A stretch of DNA of 64,000 nucleotides from Vicugna vicugna (Eukaryota): positions 5,397,050 through 5,461,049 of the forward strand of contig MU058781.1 of NCBI GenBank assembly GCA_013265495.1. Direction: 5' to 3'. Below are positions 1 through 13,040 of this stretch, piece by piece. Numbering within the stretch: position 1 is the stretch's first letter; the number at the start of each line of letters is the position of its first letter. The notes beneath the pieces were generated by a model. It was given only the letters and a program-made list of their open reading frames with translations, did not search any database and was not told the DNA's origin. The position numbers and the translations under genes were made by a program.

Positions 1-173
1 GGAGCATGGATTTCAGAGGAGGGGTAGAGAAGGCAGTGTGCCAGGATAAGGTCAGAGAGAATGCAGGAGCTGGAGGGCCAGATTTTGAAAGACCTTTTAA
101 GCTGAGATAAAAACGTTGGGTTTGATTATCTGTCTAATGGGTAGAAAAACATCGGAATGTTTTCAGCATGTGC

Positions 174-240
174 AGTTCTGATACCAGAAGTGGCTTCAGA
201 GGAACAGAATCTTAAGGATGAGTTCTCTAAACTGGGGACT
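174..240 (+). mobile_element. Short 5' internal fragment of an ERVL element (PBS region), no adjoining LTR seen
   Basis: TTCTGATACCAGAAGTGGCTTCAGAGGAACAGAATCTTAAGGATGAGTTCT resembles the recalled start of ERVL internal consensus (TTTGGTACCAGGAGTGGTTCTAGAGGAACAGAAT..TAAGGATG). Confidence 0.55.
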
Positions 241-911
241 GTTCCTTTTCAATCCCACTGGAGTCCTCTAGAGCTGTCTAGAGCTGCTGGAAGAATTTTA
301 GTGCTTGGAGGATTGTGGGGCACCCACTGAGCTGATGAACAGCACAAAGAACCGTGGGGTAGAGGCTGACATGGCTTTGGAATTAACTGTGTTTCACTCG
401 ACTGGGAATTTTCCTCCTGTGCACTCAGGTCGAGAGTGAATTTGGAGGGAGGAAACTAATATTTAGGCTGGTCCGTACTGGAAAAGTTCAGGGCAGTCGT
501 CGAGTTGTTCTTCCTGAAGCATCACTCGTAGTTGCTAAAAATAACATCAGCATTGCTAAGCAGAGAAAGGGTCGTTTGTAAGGCTTGTTTCTCAGCCTCC
601 TGGTTTTCCACGCTGTGTAGGTTAGGGAGGCAGGTCACTGTTCAGGAAGCAAGGTGCAGGACCACTTCTATGGCACATAATGGGTACAAACTCAAGAGAA
701 TTGTGTTCTTCATCACAATTTAGGCTTTAATTGAACACAAATGTCAGTGCAGGCCCTCATCACATCCTCATGACTGTAGGATTGAAAGAGACTCCTTACG
801 GGCTCCTTCCTCCAGGCCACCCCCACTCCAGGGCATCAGCTCCCTAGAGCATCAGTTCTGTTGTGTTTCTCCACTGCTCAAAAACTACCAGTGGCCCCTC
901 AGTGCCTAAAA

Positions 912-1412
912 CAGTGGTTCTCAGCTCTAACTGCACGTTAGAGTCACCTGGAGAGAATTTTTTAATACCAGTGGCCAGACTACTTGAATCAGGATACAGA
1001 TTGAATGCTTGTGTCATCTCCACAAATTCATATGCTGAAATCCTAACCACCAATGGGATGGTATTAAAGAGTAGAGCCTTCAGAGGATGATTAGGTCATG
1101 AGGATGGAGCCCTAATGATTAGTGCCCTTAAGAAGGAGACTCAAAGAGCTCTCTTGCCCCTCCACCATGTGAGGACACAGAAAGAAGATGAGATGGCTGT
1201 CTATGAACCAGGAAACTCTCACCTAATCTGCCAGTGCCTTGACCTTGGACTTTCCAGCCTTCAGAACTGTAAAAATTAATGTTTGTTATTGAAGTCACCT
1301 GGACATGCTATTTTTGTTATAGCAGTCTGAATGAAGTAAGACAATCAGCATCTCAGTATTTTTTCATATCTCCTCAAATTATTTTAACATGCAGAAGTGT
1401 TAAGAATTACTG
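912..1412. mobile_element. MER5A-like hAT-Charlie MITE, split by an MLT1A LTR
   Basis: Starts CAGTGGTTCTCA..CTGCACGTTAGAGTCACCTGG (912-992), resumes after 1344 and ends TAAGAATTACTG (1412). Confidence 0.75.
993..1343 (+). mobile_element. MLT1A-type MaLR solo LTR
   Basis: Typical motifs AAATTCATATGCTGAAATCCTAACC, GATTAGTGCCCTTA, CCATGTGAGGACACAG, GACTTTCCAGCCTTCAGAACTGT, end TAAGACA; flanked by ATCAG at 988-992 and 1344-1348 (5-bp TSD). Confidence 0.9.
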
Positions 1413-1419
1413 ACCTGCA

Positions 1420-1858
1420 TGATAGAATGTAAACTCCTTTGGTATTCAAAATCATCCAGAATCTGGTCCTCACATACATCTCAAATCTTATCTCAGTGAC
1501 CCTGCATGTACCTCACAGAGTCCCACGTCTGAGCTATGGGTCCTGAGCATACACTCCTGGGAAGACTCCCTTCTCCCGTCTGCTTGTCTGCCTCCTCTCC
1601 AAGTCCTTCACCAAAACCCAATGCCACTCAGAGCCTGCAGCCTCCTGCGACCTCCCCTTTTGACTATTTATTTCTATTGTTTCCTAAAAATACGCTTTCT
1701 CAAATACAACTTTATGATAAGTCATGATGGTGGCTTGTGTGATGATTGATTCGTCGTCTTATTTACTTTAGCCTATTTGTATGATTCTTATACCCAACTC
1801 AATTCTTGAACATTCTCTCAGGTCAGTGAATAGTTGTTGAATTAAAAGAATGAATAAA
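1420..1858 (+). mobile_element. Degenerate L2 3' fragment
   Basis: GATAGAATGTAAACTCCTTTGGTATTCAA start and GTTGTTGAATTAAAAGAATGAATAAA tail typical of L2. Confidence 0.55.
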
Positions 1859-1937
1859 CACAATGACAACAATAATTGCAATACTTTTTACAAAAAATTC
1901 CTTAGATCAACTGTGGTTAGGGAGAGTATGAAGGAAG

Positions 1938-2436
1938 AGTTAACAGAGCAGGTCTGGTTGCTTAGTTCTGCTGTCTCCAGAAGAATCTGGAACCATGACT
2001 GATCCTTGACCAACCTCTGGGAATGTGGCTCTCAGAATATCCTTCCTATTGTGACTGATGATTCTGTTTCATACACCTACAGTGTCAACCCATGCCATGC
2101 TAGCCAGTCAGGTGGCTTTTCACAAATATCAAGATTGATGACATGCGCCTGGTTTTATTCTTGGGGTCCTGAGTTGCCATGGCTGGATGCATAGCAGGAG
2201 ATGCCTATGTGATCAGTTCCCCCAGCCTCACAGGGGCTTCCCTGGGCAGAGACCTACCACCCATGTCCCTATGTTTCACTGCTAGAGAGGGGATACCAGT
2301 GCAGTCTCAGAAGGGAAATGACACACAAGCCTGAGCCTGGGCTCTCTGGACACCAAAGACGCAAACCTCTTTCCTGCTGCTTTTTTGCTCTGTATCATTG
2401 CTATAATAAGCCTGATCCATGAATATAACACTTTTT
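1938..2436 (+). mobile_element. MER77/MER68-like ERVL LTR, 3' end eroded
   Basis: GAAGAGTTAACAGAGCAGGTCTG start, GATGCCTATGTGATCAG and GGGCTTCCCTGGGCAGA motifs; shares blocks with the element at 51927. Confidence 0.7.
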
Positions 2437-4409
2437 GAATGAAAGAATAGGTGAATGACATGAATGCAATGAAGAATGAAATGAAACGGCCACCCAACAC
2501 ATGTGATGTCTATTTTTCAGTGCAGAATGGATAGATCTGTATTGAGAAACTTTAACTGTAAACTGTAGAATCCACTCTAGCAAAGCGGGACTCCACTTGG
2601 GAAAATATTTAACATACATGATCAGATAAAAATTAACGAATGCCTGAGCCTTTCAAATCTTGGATGCCTCTTGTCTTACTTAGCTCCAAAGAGACATTTC
2701 TTGGAGACAAATTTTTCTCATCAAATTGTTTGCCAAGGAGCCAGACTTCCCTATTGCCTCTTCTGCTTACCTGGTATGGTGTATCCAGAACACTTTTCTA
2801 CCCAGGAAAAAAGGATGCTGCAGTTTCATGCCACATCCTCCATCATAAGGCGAGTCAGACATATGCCAGCATGTGAGTTACCTGACTGCTGGTGCAGATG
2901 GAGAATGGTTTAAATAAGAAAGGACAGAAATGAATCATAGTATTTATTGATGAAGGCTAATGTTAACTGTAATGGGGAAAAACAGGTAGCTATCCTTTGA
3001 AATCTGGATTCTGTTCATACTTTTGACAGGGAGGATGTGGCAGGAGAGGAAGTGGAGCTGGTGATGGTCTGACTGGCATGACCTTTGGGAATGAAGAGGT
3101 GAGAGGTGAAGGAGAGCAAATGTAAATGTTCAGAGTCCTTTGTATGCTTACTGATGTTCGTAATCAATGATGCTGATTTAAGTTTTTTTTTTAATCTTTC
3201 TCTAAATTCCACTGTCCTCTGTTTAAGAAGCTGTAGCAGACATTTCCTCCTGAGGTTGACATTTTTATCAGAAGAGAAAGCCTCGGGACTTTGATAATAG
3301 CTGATCACAGGGATCCTGGATAACCAGCATGGGCTTCCCCCCTTGATTCTGCTCTAATTAGGTGATCACAGCCATCTCTCTTGACATGCCTGCGCGGGGC
3401 TGGAGATACTTGGCAATGAACCTGTCAGTCATGCAGAGAGCACAAATGGGCTGGGTTACAGAGGCAGCCAGAGCCTTGCCTTTATGTCACATTATTTATT
3501 TGGAAATTGGTCCACACGCATGAAAAGGAGGGTATAAACCATTGTAGACATATACTATATATAAACCTTGCCATATTTTATTCTAGGTTAGAAGATCTGA
3601 AATTTGAGTTATTTTATAGTAATAAAAGTGCAAGAAAATTTCACATAAACCCAGGGATACTAAAGAAAGCTATGAATAATAAACTGGGGTAAGTCAATAC
3701 TGTTTTGATGTGCTCAAGTAACTTCCTACTTAAAAGAATTTTGTGATGAATATTTTCGTAATACAAGAAAACCTGTATGTTTCTCTGCAATCTAAATTGT
3801 TTCATAATTTGATTTTTCTGGAAGTTGTATAAACCAAGCTACTGTTGGATAAAAGGCATTGAATTTTGAGTTGTGGTGGTTGCCCCTTTGTCTTGCTCTC
3901 TGGGCTATTTAAGCCATGATGACATACCTGGATGACCACAAATCAGGGACTCTTTTTTTATACTTAGCGCTAATGGTATGAGGCTCAGTTGTACTACAGC
4001 AGTGCCCTATGCAGTGAGGAGGCACAAATCTAAAGCCATCTGAGCATGAATCACTGACTCCTCTCTCCCTCCTGTGTCCTGTTCAGTACAGGACTTTTGG
4101 TGTGTCTCCTACAGAGCTGCAGGTCAGGGACCCAAGAACGTTTCTTCATTGGGAGCTCTAGTGGGGAAAAAGGATTGTTTGACGGCCAAGACCATCTTTG
4201 GCTCTAAAGCACACATTCTATAATCAGACCCAGTCTTTTCAGAAAACCAGGGACAGGGCACCCAAATGCAAGCCCACACCTTGCACAGCTTGAGGTTTTC
4301 AAAGCAAGCAGGGAATAATGACTGTGAACGAGCCAGCACTGTGCTCAGTGTGGAATCCAGTTCCTCCCACTTAGTCCGCAGAGCATCACTGTGGACAGAT
4401 GTTACTCTC

Positions 4410-4540
4410 TTTGTTACAAGGCAGGAAATTGAGAGCCTCCGAGGTTAAACTACGTGTCCACAGTCATAGCCGGCAAGTAGCAGAGTCAGAGTTCTCGCCC
4501 GGGGATCTGGCTCCTGAGTAAATGCTCTAAAATGTTATGA
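4410..4540 (-). mobile_element. MIR SINE fragment
   Basis: GGAAATTGAGAG..GAGGTTAA..GTCATAGC..AAGTAGCAGAGTCAG..TCTGGCTCC, reverse-complement MIR core. Confidence 0.7.
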
Positions 4541-5681
4541 CCTCACCAGAGTTGCCACATGAATTCCAGCTCCGTGCTGAGCTGTTATGTCCTCCTGCAT
4601 CCCTTTTCAGCTTTCTAGATCCTTTTCACGTAAGGACCCTAAATGCCTAGACTTGCTGATCATATATATTTGTATCTTTACGTATGTATTCCTGCATCCT
4701 TCTAGAATATGCTGCAAAGGAATGCTTATTTGTTTGCCAATTTATTACCCTGACTTTAGACAACATTTTTAGGCCTGATAACAGTCTTCTTTTCCATCTG
4801 TCTTGAGGCAACAAGATGGAGAGGGAGAGTTCCTGCTGATTCCTGTCATAACTCATAAGCTCCACTGGGACAGAAAGCCCTCACTGGCTTTTCAAAACTT
4901 CTGAATTAGGCTTTAAAAAGAGCACTGGGGTCCAAGCACAAACAGCAAAGCTTCCTTACAATTCTAATTTTAGACCAAACAGCTCTACAGTACCAGAGCA
5001 CAGTAACGCCCAAACCCAAAGTTTGCTGTTAATTTTGATCACCCCAGGGAGTATCATTGTTCCAGCCACAGAGAACCCAGTTTACCACCGTTACTGAATG
5101 GTAATACAGGGTGTACATAAACAAAATTTATGTGAAAATAAGCTGCAAATAGTCTCAAAATACTTACTGTCAATCACTGGGGATGGAATACTGATCCTCA
5201 CAATGTAGCAGAGAAATAAGACAATACCATATAATATCATATAGCACCATATATAAGTGCAAAGACTTTTTCTCTTAGTCTTTTTCTTTTTTCTTCTCTC
5301 TCCCCTATTACCTACTACCCATGCCCCTGAATCTGTTATGCACCCTGTATCTTTAGACTCACAGCTGGCTTTCATGGGCCACACAGTCTGATTTCCTATG
5401 AAGACCTCAGTTTTTCCAGAGTAGCAAAGATAAACCTGTCCCCATTTTATCTCACATAACAAAACTTAATCTTCTTGAGTTCTACTTCCTCAAAACGATT
5501 GATGGGCTCATCCAAAGGTGTTAATTCTTATGAAGTCTTAACAGTCATTTATATGTTAACAATCACTTGTATTATCTTGACTCCTATGAGCAAGACTTGA
5601 GCTGACAAAGACAATAGGTATTGAGAGACATGAACATACTGGTAAGAAGCTGAAATTTGTATAATTGTTTGCTTGGGCTTT

Positions 5682-5870
5682 TCATTTTTAACAACCTTAT
5701 TTGGCATAATTTCTGTACAGTAAACTACACATATTTCAGATGTATAATTTGATGAGTTTTGATAGATGTAAACACCTATGAAACCACCACCACAATCAAG
5801 ATAGCTAACATTTCCATCACTCCCCAAGAGGTGCAAATTTCGAACTCCTGATTTATCCCTTCCCACCCTC
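5682..5870 (-). mobile_element. Old L1M 3' end
   Basis: TAAACTACACATATTTCAGATGTATAATTTGATGAGTTTTGA..AAACCACCACCACAATCAAGATA..AACATTTCCATCAC, antisense L1M 3' terminus. Confidence 0.85.
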
Positions 5871-6169
5871 TTTACCCCTTGCTGGACTTTTTAACATGAG
5901 ATTTCCAACCATGTCACATTTTCTAATTTGGAATACTCACTTATCTAGGCCTTCTAGAGACTTCTCTGATCTGTATATAATTTAAGAGGAGAATTTTATT
6001 TTCCTCCATAAAGACTGATTTTGTTAGTCAAAGGCATTAGCAGCAAGTTTGAATTTGCATTTTAAATTTAGTGTGATTTATTTCCAGAGAGAAGTGGATC
6101 ACTGCTGCAGTTAGTCTAGGAGTGACAAGGGGACTAATAATTTATATTGAAAGACTATTAGAAATGTGA

Positions 6170-7085
6170 GCTTCCGTATAAAGGAAAAGATTGGCACACT
6201 TGACTTCATAATTTAAAACTTCTATATGACAAAAGACTCCTTAAACACAATGATGTGACAAACAGCAGACCTGGAGAAAAATCTTGCAACATATGTAAAC
6301 AAAGGGTTAGCATCCAGGCTTCATGAGGAGCTCCTTGCACTCAGTAAGCAAAGGGCAAACAACTTAATTTACACAGGGAAAAGAATAAAAACCCCTCAGA
6401 GAAAAATGCAAACGATGAATAAGCACACGAGAAGAAGCCTAATCTCAGAATCAAAGATGTGCAAACTTTCTGCTTATCAGATTGGCAAGGTTAGTAAGAT
6501 TAATATTTAGTGTTACTGCTGGCAAAGATCGCTGCCAGTGTCAAGTGGGAGAGTCAACTAGCCTCGCTTCTCTGTCGAGTGATTCGCCAATGTTTATCAA
6601 AAAGATAAGGGTCTTTTGGACTCACCAAGTCTTTCAAGGATCTATCTGGCATAAATATGTACAAGAGTGGACAAACATGTATGTTCAAAAATCTTAATTG
6701 CAGCATTCAAATGATGAAGTGTTGGAAACAATCAACGCTGGCCAGCAGAGGAATGGGTAAATACAGTAAGGTACACCCACACTGCACAGGCAAAGCAGCT
6801 GAAAAATGAAAGTGTATGTGCATGGAAGGATGTGACCTGCTTTATTGTTTTAAAGTTCCAGGGCAATATATACACTATTCCCATATTTGCAAATAACAAC
6901 AAACAGCAGAATCACGTATGTGGATGTAAGTGTGGGTGTGTATTCATAGAAAAATGCTGGGGATGATCCAACCGTTAGCAGTGACCTCCAGGGAAGAGCT
7001 TGGGATTGGGACAAGGGAATATTTTTATTTTTTTACCTTATTAACTTCTAAGTTGCATTTTAAAAATTACTTGAAAAAAAAAGAA
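6170..7085 (+). mobile_element. Old L1ME-like ORF2 end and 3' UTR
   Basis: AAAACTTCTATATGACAAAAGAC, CAGACCTGGAGAAAAATCTTGCAACATATG, ATCAGATTGGCAA, TTGGAAACAA motifs; A-rich end. Confidence 0.75.
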
Positions 7086-7698
7086 AAAAGAAAAGCATGG
7101 GAATCCAAACTCATGTTATTATTCATCCTAAAGAACAAACAGACTGACAATTGCTATTAACTCCAAATACGTGTTCCAAAGACTTCAGCTAGCCAACAAA
7201 ATCCTTGTATTTGGAACGCACCCTGAAATGTTGTATTTATTTTTCTGATTTTTAAAAAATGACCATATCTTTCTGTATCCTTCAAGTTTTAGTCATTTAT
7301 GGCCACTTCCCCCTCCCCCCACAAAAAAATCTCCTTTCCCAGGTTGTCCTGTATATTACAAAGTAACTGTGGTGCTCACCAACTGAACTTAATAACAGAA
7401 TAATTGTGTAGTCACATTAATAAAATTATTTGCTTTCTTGGCAAAAAAATATTTACTTTCATTATTAACATACTATTAAAAAGTTCTAGAATTTTCTTAT
7501 AAAATAGTGTGCCAGATGACACAGATTCCATTATAGTACTGTTATGCTTTAGAATTCATATCTCCTTTCAAATGTTCCTGTTGATAATGCACATTTGCCC
7601 AAATTTCCCACTGATTATTTAAAATTCCAGAAAGTGCACTGCACTGAAAGTCAGGACATTCAAGTTCTAGTTTCTGTTCTATTATGACCTCATTGCTA

Positions 7699-8121
7699 CA
7701 GGTATTAGCTTTTCAAAAATTTGCTTTATGCCACTTCGGTTTTACAAAAGACCTACTTATCACCTGCTCTGGCTAAGGGAAAGAAATCCAAAGAGGATTT
7801 TCGCTTTTAGGAAAACAGGTGAAGAACGAAAATAGTTTCAGCCTTGGTTTTGAATGGAAGCCGTTACAGAGGCAGTGTGCACCTCCCCTCAACCGTCCCC
7901 AGCAGGAACAGCACCAAGCACCTTCCTCGGGGCTCAGCATCTCCGCATCCAGCCAGGATAGCTTCGACTTGTGTCTGTGAGCATCTGTGCCTTATCTCCG
8001 TTTACTCTCTGCATCTGTTAGCAAGATGCGTCCTAAGGTAATTGCTTCTTTGCTTTACACCATTTCGGCTTGCGAAAGGTTTCACAGGAACACTCTACGT
8101 TTGGGTAGTTGGGGAAACGTG
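7699..8121. mobile_element. Non-autonomous Tigger (TcMar) element
   Basis: TA|CAGGTA start and GGGGAAACGTG|TA end (degenerate TIRs, TA TSD); internal TTTATGCCACTTCGGTTTTACAAAAG / TTTACACCATTTCGGCTTGCGAAAG repeats. Confidence 0.75.
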
Positions 8122-8288
8122 TATCTCTTTGCAGACCAGTCATTTCACATTTCCGTATCTTTGAAAAAAAAATTTGGGTACCATCTGTCATTTCCTAACT
8201 CTGCTCCCCACTGACTGAAGGGCTCTTCTCCCAAAAATCTACCACCGACCACCCTGCTTTTCAACCAGAGCAATTCTGTTTCTCTGTT

Positions 8289-8323
8289 TTACTTACTTAC
8301 TTACTCATTCATTCATTCATTCA
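8289..8323. repeat. Compound (TTAC)n(TTCA)n microsatellite
   Basis: TTACTTACTTACTTACTCATTCATTCATTCATTCA read directly. Confidence 0.9.
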
Positions 8324-9589
8324 CCTAAGATTTTTGTCTGATTTCTGAGCAAAAAGTTATTGGAAAATATCCAGAAGAGATTATTTTAAGGCTCCTTTCA
8401 GAACAGACACTTCTTCAGTCTATGAAATCCAGGCTCTGGTCAGGAATGCAGACCCTTTGGTCAATCCTTAAATTATCCCAGCCTGAAACCGCCTGTTCCC
8501 CCCTAGAAACACAGACCTTCTTTATTTTTTCTAGAATGTGAAGTTGAGCTTTATAGGCACTAATGGAGATGAATGAGAAAGATTAACATGCATGTGTCAG
8601 GAAGCAAGAAGCAATGCGGACTGCTGGGATTCCCCCTCCCCTCTTCCTTCGAACCACCACTGGGTCAGTTGGCATTACTCCTGGCATGATGATTTTGCTT
8701 ATGAACATGCTTTGTTCAGAAATAACAGCTGGCAGAGAGCTCTGAGAATACATTCATTAGGGAGTTGTAATTCAGGCTTTACAGTTAAAGGTCAGACCAG
8801 AAACCAGCACCAGCTCTTAATCAGCAGCTGTGGGAGGAGAGAGTCAGGACTTGATCTTCACTCTCAGCACCAGTGAAACTGAGGGCCTGTGTTCAGAGTC
8901 AGCTCCATTCAGCCCAGTAAGCTGGGTAAAATTTAACAACTGAATGGACTTTTCTTTGACTTGGGTGAAAAAACAAAATTGAGAACTTCTAGAGAGTTCT
9001 AAGTGGATGTAGACATAGCAGGGTTAGAGAAAATGTTACTGTACTGCTTCCACCTGTCAAATCCTTTCAAGACACAAGATACAGACACGACAGTGCGTCT
9101 CTGGCATCCCTGCCTGCATCACAAGGTAAGGGCCCATGAAACCGTTGGCCAAAGGGAAAGGCCAAAAAATAGGGTCAAAATAGAGCACTCATGTGTCACA
9201 TTCTCATTTCACAGCCCCAACATAATCTATAAAGCCACCTTAGAAGTGGAACAAATAGGTTATTTATTCAATCATTCTGTTTTTTCTATAGGAGAGTCTT
9301 AGGAACATGCTCAAAATATCACAGACAAAACCGACTTGACCCCAACACATTGAATTCCCTAGTTCCCTCTCAATACCTCTCTATATCCCACACATCACCA
9401 AACCTCATTCTTATTCTTTGGGTTTGTGTTATTGAAGGGACGGCTCTGTCCCCCATTTGTCTTATATCCCCTCAGAAGCCCAAATGAAATGCTAAATGTA
9501 GCTAAATGTAAGTTATACCCAAATAAAAGACAAAAGAAAAGAAAAAGAAGGAAGGAAAAAGAAGAATCTTACTGAGATAATTGACACCC

Positions 9590-10070
9590 AAAGAGAATAC
9601 CAACTAGATTTTTGAGAGGGAACCAGTCGAAATGACTCTAAAAAAAAAAATACAGGAAACTAATAGATAATAATAGCCAAGAATATTCTGAGAAGTCTGA
9701 GCATTGAAAAGTCAGATCTTTCCATATATTGTAGCACATTAGAAAGTTACAATAATTTTAAAAGGCCCTGCCACATCAATTGACAGACAAATCAACAGAC
9801 AGACTAGAAAGGACAGAACTAGTCCAGAATCTATGTAGGAGTTTAGAACATGATAAAGGTAGCATTTCAGATCAGTGAAGAAATGATGGATTACTTAATA
9901 AATGGTACTGTGATAACTGGACAGTCCTCTGGAATTTTTATTATATTTCTAAAATATCCTACACTAAAAAAAGTTTACTTCTATCAAAGATGTAAAAGTG
10001 AAATGAAACACTAATAGCATGTGAGCAAAACATGAGAGTATGCTTTGAATATATTCAAAATGAAGAAAGA
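9590..10070 (+). mobile_element. Old L1M ORF2 fragment
   Basis: AATAGCCAAGAATATTCTGA, ATGATAAAGGTAGCATTTCAGATCAGTG, AATAAATGGTACTGTGATAACTGG correspond to degenerate L1 ORF2 C-terminal region. Confidence 0.75.
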
Positions 10071-12144
10071 TTGTTCAAGGTTTGACACAAAACCCAAATC
10101 CCACTGGAAACCGGTGGAGGGACTGCGCAACACAGCTCAGAATTACCCCACTGAGGAGTGAGGAGGCCAAGTTATTTGCCCAGAACTCCTGAGGCATTAA
10201 TTCCCAGCACTTCCGGCTACTGCAGGCAATCTCCACAGTAGGCCAAGGGGATAGGAGAGGCACCAACAGCACGTGATGAATATGAAAAGCAAAAATTTTT
10301 TGTGTCATTCCTTAGGTGAAAGAGAGAGAACTTTATCTCCTAATTCCTGAATTCTCATGAGATTTATAACCCACCCTCTAGCACGTAAGTGCTAGCTTTT
10401 ACCAAGATATCCGGGGCACTTGATGCTTTCTGCTCAATTAGCACGGTCTAATCAATACAGTGGAACAGGGCCTTGTCCTCCGGGATGATGAACTGATCAG
10501 GGTCTCTACAGACTAGGCTAAGGTAGGCGTCAGAAAGGATGTATTGCTGCTGCTTAAAAGCAAACCGCGTTGAGTGGTATCTGCTTATTGGTTAGGAGAA
10601 AAGTGTTTGTTAGATTGACATCTGCGTATCAGACGCCTGGGATTGCGCTGATTTGCTCCGTAAAAGCAGATCACATCTGTAACAGCATCTGCCGTTGGAG
10701 TTACTACCTAGTTACGTTTCATAAAATCTAACCACTCTCCCAGACCTCCAGTACTTCTGCACTGGCCAAAGAGATGACATTAAATAGGGCTATGATTGCA
10801 GTTGATTCCAGGACATATTTTCCAGGTCCTTGATATGGTTACTAATTCTGCAGTTCCTTGAAGGATGTGGCAGTGTTGCTTTGGAGGGGGGCTCCCATGT
10901 AGCCCTTCCTCCCATAGTAGCCCTCTTTTCAAGAGTCAGAGAACAAATGTGCAATTCCTTCAATTGCCAGGTTATTATACATTCAGGAATTAGAAAAAGA
11001 AATGAAGGATGTGTACATAGAACCCACTGTGTTCACTGTGAGACAACCTTCTAATCATCTGAGAAGCAGGATTAAAACAACAATTTGGGGCCCTAATCCC
11101 AGAGGACTTGGGGGAGGGGAGGGTACAGTTTTACACAGATGGCCTTTGAATCACAGTTTGAGAAACACTGAATAATACAGACATGATTTTCATGGTCTCC
11201 AGTCCAGATCTTTCTCCTGGGCTCAAGGCCTGAAATATCAACTGCCTGATTAATTTAGACAAATCCTGTCACCTTAAATTCATCATGCTCTTATCCACCC
11301 ACCCCAAATCTACAAAAGTGTCTTTTCCTACATGCTTACTGTGATCCTCCCACTTCCTGAGACACGGCCACAAGTGTGCCAGGTCCTCTATAACTCTGAG
11401 CCCACCTACTTCCTCTCATTGCTGCCCTCTGCTAATTTCTAATGGCTTAAGTTCACCCAAAGATAGAAAGAGCCACTGACTTTATAATGTTCTGTTCTCC
11501 CCAGGTCTCTGAGTCCAGTCATTGCAATGGCTGCTACCTGCTTCAACAGAGAGAGAAGACACCAGAGGAATAAATACATGAAAAGTTCCATGCCCACATG
11601 ACTTCCCCAAAACACTATTTATAAAAGGCAATTTGGTAGTCAATTTTTCTTGAAGCTTCAGAACTAATTGAGGGATAGTGAGTAAGAGCAGTGAGCAGGG
11701 TTACTATGCAACTGGTTGCTTAAAGCTGAACATTGTGCAGCCTTATTTTCAAAAATCCTTCCGTCAATCCCCCACCCCCTACCTTCTTCTCTTCTATCCA
11801 GGCCACACTTCCCACCATTTGAGCTTTCTTCCCTCTCCTCCACGTTCATCCCCTGAGACTCCCGCTTCATGGGCATCCGTCCTGCAGAGAAGTGGAGCTG
11901 TTCCTTCATCTCACCTAAGCCCATCCCCAGCACGTGTGAAGAGCAGCCTCCCCAACTCAAACGGACCATCAGCGGATTTTTAAATACAGAGATGTTTCTC
12001 CTGCAACAAAAAAAGTTCTGCTGCCAGCTCTTAAACCAACAATTTTTTTCTCCCTGTGTCATATCATTAACGGGCTCTTCTGAAATTGCTTTAATATTAA
12101 CCACAGTCTGACCACAATGATGTTTTTTTATACCTTTCCTCTTG

Positions 12145-12290
12145 GGAGGGCGGTTAAGTCAGCTGCAACCAGATGTTAATGAGGCCGGCCTGGGGTTCAA
12201 TCCTCCTGATTACTAGTTAGCTTTGTACTGGTCCCGGGGCCAGGTCTTCCTCCTCTGTCCAGTGAGCAACCTTGCCAATGCATGGAAGGC
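12145..12290 (+). mobile_element. MamSINE1-like ancient tRNA-derived SINE
   Basis: TTAATGAGGCC..GGGTTCAATCC (B-box)..AGTTAGCTTTG..CTTGCCAATGCATG matches my recollection of the MamSINE1 head. Confidence 0.6.
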
Positions 12291-12409
12291 TAGTGTGGGG
12301 GGAATAACAAGGGAGGGGGGTGGTTGGGGAGAAAAGGAAGAACTTTTTTCCTCATTAACCCTAAAATATTTAAAAAATTGAAACTAGAACCCATATTTCA
12401 CTGAGAGTT

Positions 12410-12590
12410 CTGGTTAGGATTCCAGAGTTCTAGCCCCTGCTCAACTACCTTCTTACTGTGTTACCTCAAGTATGCCGTTTAATTTCTTCCATGCTCACCT
12501 TTCTTGTATAAATTAATTAATTAAATAAATATATATGCTTTGAAAACTGGCAAGTGAAATGCAGTGTCAAAGTTTATATCACTATCATGA
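12410..12590 (+). mobile_element. MIR SINE
   Basis: GAGTTCTAGCCCCTGCTC..TACTGTGTTACCTCAAGTA..CACCTTTCTTGTATAAA. Confidence 0.55.
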
Positions 12591-12854
12591 TTTTTCACAA
12601 AGGAAGTAGAAAAATCCATCAACCCAGATATAAATAACTCAAATAACTCAGCTATTTCAATTACCTTGACTTTGGAAAACTGGTGGACACTTACAACTTA
12701 AAGCTAAAGTACAGCCAGTCAGTGTCTCACAATGTGATGGTGATAACCACCCCCCCACCACACCTTTCCTTTTCTGTGAATTTTTTTTTAATCCAAGTAT
12801 TTAAACTCAGTCAAAGCTCATTACAAATCAGTTGACCTAACCAGGCTTTATTGA

Positions 12855-13040
12855 AGAGATCCTTAGTGTGGAGTCCATGGACCACGGGTCTGTCAATGGG
12901 CTTCAGGATGCAGGAGGTTCTAAGAAGTCTCTGGAACTCTATGCAAAATTATATGAAGCTGTGTTCAACAACAGGGCCTGTAGTTTTCATCAAACCCTCA
13001 AAGAGATCTATGATCACAAAAAGTTAAAGAATTACTACTG
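12855..13040. mobile_element. hAT-Charlie type non-autonomous DNA transposon
   Basis: GGAGTCCATGGACC..CTATGCAAAATT..TAGTTTTCATCAAACCCTCAAAGAGATCTATGA..AAGTTAAAGAATTACT. Confidence 0.6.
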
